A stretch of 64,000 bases of DNA from Candidatus Obscuribacteraceae bacterium (GTDB taxonomy: Bacteria; Cyanobacteriota; Vampirovibrionia; Obscuribacterales; Obscuribacteraceae), in NCBI GenBank assembly GCA_044229845.1, contig JBGASG010000001.1, positions 480,001-544,000 of the forward strand, read 5' to 3'. The notes below the pieces were generated by a model. The model did no database searches and had not been told where the DNA came from. It saw only the letters and a list, made by a program, of their open reading frames with translations. The translations under genes and the position numbers were made by a program. Positions 57,152 through 64,000 of the stretch are shown piece after piece. Numbering within the stretch: the first letter of the stretch is position 1; each line of letters opens with the position of its first letter.

Positions 57152-58542
57152 TGACTTCGCTGTTGGGAGAGGACAGGAAAATCACCGCCTCCGAAACTTC
57201 CGTCGAGTCTGTAATCAACCTGGTAGAAACCGAGAGAGTGCGTTTGGTGCGCTTCATCTTTTGCGACACCAGCGGCTTGATTCGCGGCAAAGCGGCCCAT
57301 GTCGATCACCTGCGCGAACGGCTGTCTGCCGGCATCGGGTTGGTGAAAGGCACCATGGCTCAGAACTTGCTCGATCAGTTGCAGAGTGATACCGGATATG
57401 GTGCGACGGGTGAAGTGCGACTGACTCCTGATTTGAATACATTTGTAGCGTTGCCCTATTCCGCTCAGTCGGCAGCGGTGATTTGCGATTTGCTGGAACT
57501 GGATCGCAAACCGTCATCGCTCTGCCCCCGCAGTGCACTGAAACGCCAGATCAAAAGAGCCGAAGAGCTTGGCATTCGCATCGAATGTGCTTTCGAACCG
57601 GAATTCACGCTCGGCAGGTTGAACGAAGAGGGAAAGTATGTGCCGATCGACGAGAGCAACTGCTTTTCTACCGACGGCATGAATCGCGCTGCGCAGTTTA
57701 TCAATCGCTTCATGAGCGCGTTGGAAAAACAGGGAGTGGAAATCGAGCTCTACCATCCGGAGCTCGGACATGGGCAGCATGAGCTGAGTGTACGCCACGT
57801 ACCGGCTTTGAGAGCCGCCGATCAGCAGATCATTTATCGAGAGACTTTGCGCGGCGTCGCCCTGGAGCATGGAATTCAAGCTTCGATGGCACCCAAGCCC
57901 ATGGGTTCGCAACAGCCGGGCAATGGCTGCCACCTGCACCTTTCTGCGTGGGAGATCGAAACCGGCAAGAACCTTTTTTTCAGTCCGCAAGGACTGAGCA
58001 CCGCCGGCGAACATTTTGTGGGTGGGCTGATTCAGCATCTGCCGGGACTGGTCGCACTGACCGCGCCGACCGTCAACTCTTATCGGCGCCTGCGTCCGCG
58101 CACCTGGTCCGGTGCCTACACCTGCTGGGGATATGAAAACCGCGAAGCCACTATTCGCGTGCCGTCTCAGTACTGGGGTATGGAAGAGGCGACTACCAAC
58201 ATCGAGATCAAGTGCGTCGACAGTTCCTGCAATCCCTATCTGGCGCTGACCGGCGTAATTGCGGCCGGGTTGGACGGATTGAGAACCAAGATAGCGCCAC
58301 CGCCGCCGGTGAGCGTTGAGCCGAGCACGCTCAGTTCGTCGCAGATGGGAAAACTGGGCGTCAAGCGTTTGCCGGCTACTCTCAAAGACGCAATTAAGCG
58401 GCTGGAGCGTGACCATGTCTTGACCGAGGCTCTCGGTGAAGACATGAGCATCGTGTTTGTGATCGTCAAACTTTCAGAAGTAGAGGCTTTTTCAAAAGCC
58501 AGTAGTGAAGAGGAAACCCGGGCCCATCGGTTTAAGTTTTGA
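57151..58542 (+). CDS. Glutamine-synthetase-family gamma-glutamyl ligase (NodGS/FluG C-domain-like)
   Basis: FEPEF, HPELGHGQHE, GNGCHLHLS, NSYRRL, WGYENRE, NIEIKCVD. Confidence 0.9.
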   Translation: MTSLLGEDRKITASETSVESVINLVETERVRLVRFIFCDTSGLIRGKAAHVDHLRERLSAGIGLVKGTMAQNLLDQLQSDTGYGATGEVRLTPDLNTFVALPYSAQSAAVICDLLELDRKPSSLCPRSALKRQIKRAEELGIRIECAFEPEFTLGRLNEEGKYVPIDESNCFSTDGMNRAAQFINRFMSALEKQGVEIELYHPELGHGQHELSVRHVPALRAADQQIIYRETLRGVALEHGIQASMAPKPMGSQQPGNGCHLHLSAWEIETGKNLFFSPQGLSTAGEHFVGGLIQHLPGLVALTAPTVNSYRRLRPRTWSGAYTCWGYENREATIRVPSQYWGMEEATTNIEIKCVDSSCNPYLALTGVIAAGLDGLRTKIAPPPPVSVEPSTLSSSQMGKLGVKRLPATLKDAIKRLERDHVLTEALGEDMSIVFVIVKLSEVEAFSKASSEEETRAHRFKF

Positions 58543-58559
58543 GTGTGAGTCAACTTTGA

Positions 58560-59693
58560 TTGCGCATGCTTGATCTGTCCAAATACATTTTTATAGACAA
58601 CCACGCGCATTCGTTGCTCAAGGATCACCTGCAACTGGATGTAATCGGTGTGCGCGGCTGCTTCACCGAGAGCCGCTCGATGCATATTTTGGAGACGCAT
58701 GTTCCATACACGCTGCATTACATGCACATGCTCAATTGCATTCAGCGAGTGCTGGGTACCAACAGCGAAGACGACTTCATCAGTGTGCGCTCCCGCCAGC
58801 AGGACACCACCTACACCCGGATGTTGTTCGATGACATTTCACTGGGCGCGATTATCGTTGACGATGGCTTTCGACCGAAAGATATGGTGACGCCGGTTCA
58901 GTTTGCCACTTTGTCCCAGCGTCCCATTTTTCTTTGCCGGCGACTGGAGCCCATACTCGAGAGTTGCCTGGCCAAAGCGGGCAGCTTCAACGAGTTGGAG
59001 GAGATGTTTCAGCATGAGCTGTTGCGTTCCGATCCGGTGCCCCCGGTAGCTTTGAAGACCATCTGTGGTTATCGCGGTGGGCTGGATATAGAACTGGTGA
59101 AGAAACAGGCGGCTGCCAAAGACTTCGAACGCATCAAGAAGATCGCCGCGAAGCGGCGGATTACGCGCTGCGAACTGTATCACTACTTTGTGATGCAGTC
59201 TTTTGAATTGGCGGCTTATCACGACCTGCCGATGCAGGTGCATGCGGGCATCGGAGATGACGATGCAGACCTCAAGCAATGCAACCCATTGCTTATGCAA
59301 AATCTCTTCCGCATCTCGACTTTGCAGAAAACTAACTTTGTGCTGTTGCACTGCTATCCGTTTGTGCGCGAAGCCGCTTTCCTGTGCTCCCTCTATGCCA
59401 ACGTCTACATGGATCTGTCGCTGGCTTTGAATATCGTGTCAACCTCAGGACAGCAACTGATTTCGGAGGCGCTGGCGACGGCGCCGGCCAGCAAGATATT
59501 GGCTGGAACGGATGGACACACTTGTCCTGAGACGCACTGGTATGCCGCGCTATGCTGGAAGCGAGCACTGTCTTCGGTGCTCACGCAGCTGGTCGATGAC
59601 CGCATGCTGACTGTGCCACAGGTGCAGCAGATCGCCGGCATGATTCTGCACGAAAACGCCAATCGTCTCTACAAGCTGCAGAACACACCCTGA
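58560..59693 (+). CDS. Amidohydrolase-family protein (NodGS/FluG N-domain-like)
   Basis: IDNHAH, LKTICGYRGGL, QVHAGIGD, LLHCYPF, NVYMDLS, GTDG. Confidence 0.88.
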   Translation: MRMLDLSKYIFIDNHAHSLLKDHLQLDVIGVRGCFTESRSMHILETHVPYTLHYMHMLNCIQRVLGTNSEDDFISVRSRQQDTTYTRMLFDDISLGAIIVDDGFRPKDMVTPVQFATLSQRPIFLCRRLEPILESCLAKAGSFNELEEMFQHELLRSDPVPPVALKTICGYRGGLDIELVKKQAAAKDFERIKKIAAKRRITRCELYHYFVMQSFELAAYHDLPMQVHAGIGDDDADLKQCNPLLMQNLFRISTLQKTNFVLLHCYPFVREAAFLCSLYANVYMDLSLALNIVSTSGQQLISEALATAPASKILAGTDGHTCPETHWYAALCWKRALSSVLTQLVDDRMLTVPQVQQIAGMILHENANRLYKLQNTP

Positions 59694-59694
59694 G

Positions 59695-60788
59695 CTATTG
59701 CTTGGCGATGGTGAAGACTTCATCCGGCACATTCTTCATGGCGGCTTCTTTTGGTGCTGAAGTACCGACCGTGTGCCGGTGTGGACATTTCTACGCATGC
59801 CGCCATTTCCATCAGCCTGGCATAAACATCGGGCCGTCTCTCCTTAAGGGTCTTGAGCTTGTCCAGGTTGCCCTGTCCGGAGAGAACGGAAGCGATGCTG
59901 AACGCCCGACCACCGTCCCAACAAAGTGCCGTTGCCGATGGTGGTGTCGCCGGCGCTTCCCTGGTCTTGATCGGACGAGTTGCGTTTGCCCATGATGAAA
60001 TCGATGTACAAGCGCTGCTCATCCAGCGCCGATACTGTCGAACTTAGTTTGAAGTCAGGCACAACAAAGTCAAGGGACAGGTTGACCCGAGAGAGCACCA
60101 GAGCCGCTTCTTCGGGGCGGGTGCCGTCACCGCGCAACCGCGAGAAGAAATCTTGTGTGCCGCCGAGCAGATCAGCGGCACCAAAGGAGGTGGGCAATAA
60201 ATCGTAGGAGGTGACACCAAATTTGGTGTTTTGCGGGTTGACGGTATGACCGCCGCCAAAGCGATCTGCTTGCACTAGCCCCGGCTCCATTCCGTTGCCG
60301 TTGATTTTGAGATTTGTCAGGTCATTCTTGGGATCGACTACCTGAAAGCCGAAACATCGATGCCACTGTATCCGGTGATCTTGTCCGATGTTTTCAAGAT
60401 CGGTGTTTCCAAATTCAGCAGTTGGTCTGAGTTGTGGATGTCTGTGGGCAGCTAGCTATTACGTCAGGCGAGAAGGCAAATCCAGCGGCGAGCTGGACCA
60501 ATCCGCCGGTGAAGTTGTTTTCGTCTCCCCAGGCGGTGGAGTTGAAAGTGTTGTTGGTGCCGGTCAGGTTGCCGTTAGCGTACATAGTGAGAATGCCACT
60601 CCCGGCAGTGCCACGTCTTCCAGCTTCAAGTTGCCGCTAGTCGGAGCGCCAGGGGCGAGAGCTGCCACATATATTGGGCTGTTGTCCGCGATGTCGATCA
60701 GTTTGCCGGCAAACATGGCAACAGCAATGTTCGCCGATAGGGTAATTCTGCCGATTTGCGACGTTAAAACGTTGCGTATTCCTACCAC
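59695..60788 (-). pseudogene. Multiply frameshifted gene remnant, possibly of a secreted beta-rich protein
   Basis: Six consecutive protein-like minus-strand fragments in changing frames, ending KEAAMKNVPDEVFTIAKQ* at 59695. Confidence 0.6.
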
Positions 60789-60904
60789 ACGCGGCTTTTT
60801 GAAAATAGGCGGGCGAGATTGAGCTGGAAATGCTCCTGCTAAAATGGCTCAGCTCGTTCCTGGAATCCAGTAATCCCCAGTCCTTTCGACGTTTCGGGTG
60901 ATCT

Positions 60905-61723
60905 ATGAAAATTCTCGTCTCCCTGGTAGTGGTGCTCGCTCAGCTATTGGTTCTGGGCGTGAGCCCAGCGTTAGCGTTTCCTCCACCCAAAGACTGGAGC
61001 AACAATGAGTGGTATCAGTTCTTCGAAGCAGCGGTGACTACCGTGGTCGCCGAAGGCCCGGGACATGTCGCCAAAGAATTCGGTGGTGTCAGTGCCGCTC
61101 CCATGATGGATGTCTACTCGGCTCTCAGTGGAGTTGGTTCAGCGGTCAAACCCGGACTTGTCTTCTGGTTGCACAGGAAGGCTGAGGCCGCAGCTCTGGC
61201 GGGGGACGTTGAGCGTGGTCACAAGTATCAGGCTTACGAAACTGCTCTCGCCAATGAAGACAGTAGTCGACTGAAAGAGTTGCTCGCTGAGTACGAAAGA
61301 GCGAAGGCAAAATCCAAATCCGCCGTCAGCGGACAGCAGGCGCCCTGGCGCAGGATGGTCGGAACCTGGCGCACCCAGAGCGGCAACGTCATTCGCATAT
61401 ATTTTGGCGATCCGAACGAGTTGGTGGCTGCTTACGAATCAGTAAAGCCAGACTACGGCTACGCCATTAAGTCCGGCGATCTGTCATTTACTCACGGCTT
61501 TGCAGACGCACCCAATTCGATCAAATCAGACCGCGGACTTTGTTATGGTCTCAAAGGCGACGCCATCAAAGTGCACCAGAACTGCAAAGTGCGCATGACG
61601 ATATCGCCGGACTGTCAGTCGATCAGCGTAGTCCGGCAAGACTATCAGTACCCGGTCGGGGGTACCGAATGGCTACCTACTTTTGTGATGAACACCTACA
61701 CCTACACTCGCATTAGCGACTGA
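60905..61723 (+). CDS. Secreted hypothetical protein (helical N-domain, beta-rich C-domain)
   Basis: Signal peptide (ALA-FP); MVGTWRTQSG at the start of the beta domain. Confidence 0.75.
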   Translation: MKILVSLVVVLAQLLVLGVSPALAFPPPKDWSNNEWYQFFEAAVTTVVAEGPGHVAKEFGGVSAAPMMDVYSALSGVGSAVKPGLVFWLHRKAEAAALAGDVERGHKYQAYETALANEDSSRLKELLAEYERAKAKSKSAVSGQQAPWRRMVGTWRTQSGNVIRIYFGDPNELVAAYESVKPDYGYAIKSGDLSFTHGFADAPNSIKSDRGLCYGLKGDAIKVHQNCKVRMTISPDCQSISVVRQDYQYPVGGTEWLPTFVMNTYTYTRISD

Positions 61724-61734
61724 GGCTCGGGCAC

Positions 61735-62775
61735 CTACATCAATGAGGCCATGATCTCGTCCAGCACTGCTTTTGGCGGACGCACTTGCTCTTCTTTCAG
61801 TTGAGTCAGCGGTATGTCGTCGAGGTCCATCAGTGAGGCGAAATCAGGTTTTTGTTCGTCGATGTACAGCAGCCCGGTCAGGAACTGCTTGTCTATGGCA
61901 GCCTTCTTGATCAAGTTGATGGCAGCCAGGCGGTCTTTGGGGTTGTAATCGCGGTCGATTTTCTTGAGCGTGATCTTAGAGCCGTCGTGCATCTCGACTT
62001 CTTGCACAGTGCCGGGTTCGTAGTCCACCGAAATTTGATCGAAGAACGGGATGAAACCGATGTCCTGAAGAGGAATCTCGGCTTCTTTTGCATACTTGTA
62101 GCTCTTCGTCGACCCTTCGTGATTGTTGAACGTCACGCACGGGCTGATTACGTCGAGAACAGCGGTGCCATCATGTGACAGCGCAGCTTTCAGCAAGGTG
62201 ACCAGTTGTTTGGGATCGCCGGCAAATGAGCGAGCGACGAAGCCGCAACCGAGTTCGATTGCCAGGCTGCACAGATCAATCGGCGGCAGTTCGTTGATTA
62301 CGCCGGACTTGGATTTGGAGCCCAGATCCGATGTCGCTGAGAATTGACCTTTGGTCAAGCCGTACACGCCGTTGTTTTCAACGATGTAGACCATCTTGAT
62401 GTTGCGGCGCACGACGTGGCAGAACTGACCAAGACCAATCGAGGCTGTGTCGCCGTCGCCGGAGACAGCCAGGATGTGCAGGTCTTTATTGGCCATGTTG
62501 ACGCCGGTGGCAACCGACGGCATACGCCCGTGCACTGCGTTGAAGCCGTGCGAGCGAGACAGGAAGTAAGCAGGCGTTTTGCTCGAGCAGCCGATGCCGC
62601 TCATCTTTGCCACCATGTGCGGCTCGACGCCCAGGTCGTAGCAGGCTTTGATGATCTGCGACGTAATCGCGTCGTGTCCGCAGCCATCGCACAAAGTAGA
62701 TGGTGCGCCTTTGTAATCAGCGAGAGTGAGACCGATGCGATTGGTTGGAGTGGGTTTTTGCGGTGAGGAAACCAT
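61735..62775 (-). CDS. 2-oxoacid:ferredoxin oxidoreductase subunit beta
   Basis: LCDGCGH, SGIGCS, VHGR, GDGD...NNGVYGLTKGQ, SPCVTFN. Confidence 0.96.
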   Translation of the reverse strand: MVSSPQKPTPTNRIGLTLADYKGAPSTLCDGCGHDAITSQIIKACYDLGVEPHMVAKMSGIGCSSKTPAYFLSRSHGFNAVHGRMPSVATGVNMANKDLHILAVSGDGDTASIGLGQFCHVVRRNIKMVYIVENNGVYGLTKGQFSATSDLGSKSKSGVINELPPIDLCSLAIELGCGFVARSFAGDPKQLVTLLKAALSHDGTAVLDVISPCVTFNNHEGSTKSYKYAKEAEIPLQDIGFIPFFDQISVDYEPGTVQEVEMHDGSKITLKKIDRDYNPKDRLAAINLIKKAAIDKQFLTGLLYIDEQKPDFASLMDLDDIPLTQLKEEQVRPPKAVLDEIMASLM

Positions 62776-62778
62776 GTC

Positions 62779-63999
62779 TTACTTCTCCTGTTCCATGATG
62801 GCGTCGGTGACTGAACGAGCGTCGATGGGCAAGCCGCTGTAGTGGCGCACGGAACGCAGTTTCGTCGCGTATTCCGGCATTTCCAGCATGAGCAAATCTC
62901 TCATTTGCGCATCGCGGTTTTGCTCGACGACATAGATTCTGTCGTGTTTGCCGACGAAGTCTTTGATGTCGTCGGTGAATGGAAGCGCACGCACTCTCAG
63001 TAAGCTGATCTGCTTGCCGGCTTCCTTCAACTGCTGGCGCGACTCCAGCACGGCTGGTTGCGACGATCCGGCATAGATCACGCCGACTTTCGCTTCTTTA
63101 TTGATTTCGATTTCCGGTTGCGGCACATACTTCTTGGCGGTGTTGTACTTGCGCAGCAGGCGATCCATGAGATTCATGTAGTCGTCCGGACGCTCTGTGT
63201 AAGCCGCTTTCTCGTTGTGCCCCGAGCCGCGAGTGAAGTAGGCGGCCAGCGGATGGTTGGTACCAGGAGCGGTGCGGTACGGGATGGCGTCGCCATCGCT
63301 GTCGCGATAGCGTTCGAATTTGCCCAGTCTCTCCAGGTCTTCAGCGGAGAGCATCTTGCCGCGGTCAAGTTTCTTCTCTGGGTATTTGAAGGGGTCGGAC
63401 ATCCAGTTGTTCATGCCCAGGTCTAGATCGCTGAGCACGAAAATGGGAGTTTGGAATCTCTCCGCCAGATCGAAGGCGTCGACGGCGAATGAGTAGCACT
63501 CGCCAACCGAGCCCGGCAACAGCACGATGTGTTTGGTGTCGCCGTGCGAGAGTGTATTGGCGCTGAGCAGGTCGGCTTGCGCTGTGCGAGTCGGCAGCCC
63601 GGTAGAAGGACCGACGCGCTGCACATCGAAGATGACTGCCGGGATTTCGGCGAAATAGCCAAGCCCGGTGAATTCAGCCATGAGTGAGATGCCGGGACCC
63701 GAGGTCGAGGTCATCGAACGGGCGCCTGCCCAGCCGGCGCCGAGCGCCATACCGAGGGCAGCCAGTTCGTCTTCGGCTTGAATAATAGCGAAGGTAGCTT
63801 TGCCGGTTTCCTTGTCGATGCGATATTGCTGCATGTAATCGGTGAGCGATTCGCAAAGACTCGACGACGGAGTAATCGGATACCAGGTGACCACTGTGGC
63901 GCCCGCGAACATGGCGCCGATTGCCGAGGCGGCGTTGCCGTCGACGATGATTTTGCCGGCGGTTTCGTTCATTGCTTGGACGAAATAGGGGTCGTCCTT
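62779..63999 (-). CDS. 2-oxoacid:acceptor oxidoreductase subunit alpha, 5' truncated by window edge
   Basis: YPITPSS, QAEDE, TSGPG, QRVGPSTGLPT, VVEQN. Confidence 0.96.
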   Translation of the reverse strand, partial: KDDPYFVQAMNETAGKIIVDGNAASAIGAMFAGATVVTWYPITPSSSLCESLTDYMQQYRIDKETGKATFAIIQAEDELAALGMALGAGWAGARSMTSTSGPGISLMAEFTGLGYFAEIPAVIFDVQRVGPSTGLPTRTAQADLLSANTLSHGDTKHIVLLPGSVGECYSFAVDAFDLAERFQTPIFVLSDLDLGMNNWMSDPFKYPEKKLDRGKMLSAEDLERLGKFERYRDSDGDAIPYRTAPGTNHPLAAYFTRGSGHNEKAAYTERPDDYMNLMDRLLRKYNTAKKYVPQPEIEINKEAKVGVIYAGSSQPAVLESRQQLKEAGKQISLLRVRALPFTDDIKDFVGKHDRIYVVEQNRDAQMRDLLMLEMPEYATKLRSVRHYSGLPIDARSVTDAIMEQEK

Positions 64000-64000
64000 C

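Noticed and set aside
60388..60822. 144 aa + strand ORF in the pseudogene interval
   Set aside because: It is the antisense read of the more protein-like minus-strand fragments.

Overview
A gene-dense bacterial chromosomal window with about 57 CDSs. I found no rRNA, tRNA, CRISPR array or recognisable transposase or integrase. The long cyanobacterial/plant-type IspH, a small cyanobacterial-like Sm/Hfq protein, many secreted TPR and low-complexity orphans, and anaerobic-type enzymes (2-oxoacid:ferredoxin oxidoreductase, FdhF/YdeP-FdhD) suggest a non-photosynthetic Cyanobacteriota relative such as Vampirovibrionia/Melainabacteria; this is inference only. Housekeeping genes include ispH, hemE, hemG/hemY, ppx, fumC, phhB, folB/folX and an HtrA-family protease. 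The standout is a ~10.6 kb candidate lipid or small-molecule biosynthetic locus (31055-41649). Its tightly coupled + strand operon encodes a Cys-nucleophile alpha/beta hydrolase, an atypical enolase-superfamily enzyme, a GH3 acyl-amido synthetase, three extended SDRs and a mini Mpo1/DUF962 protein. Divergent from it lie an UndA-like heme-oxygenase-like diiron enzyme, a LolA-like protein, an ICMT-like methyltransferase and a secreted SRPBCC protein. Other highlights are a split NodGS/FluG-like gene pair, a GT9-folX-GT9 operon near folM-like and phhB genes, two intergenic regions rich in strand-biased hairpins, two apparently catalytically dead enzyme homologues, and a multiply frameshifted pseudogene at 59.7-60.8 kb. 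All family calls come from motif recognition by eye; no searches were run.
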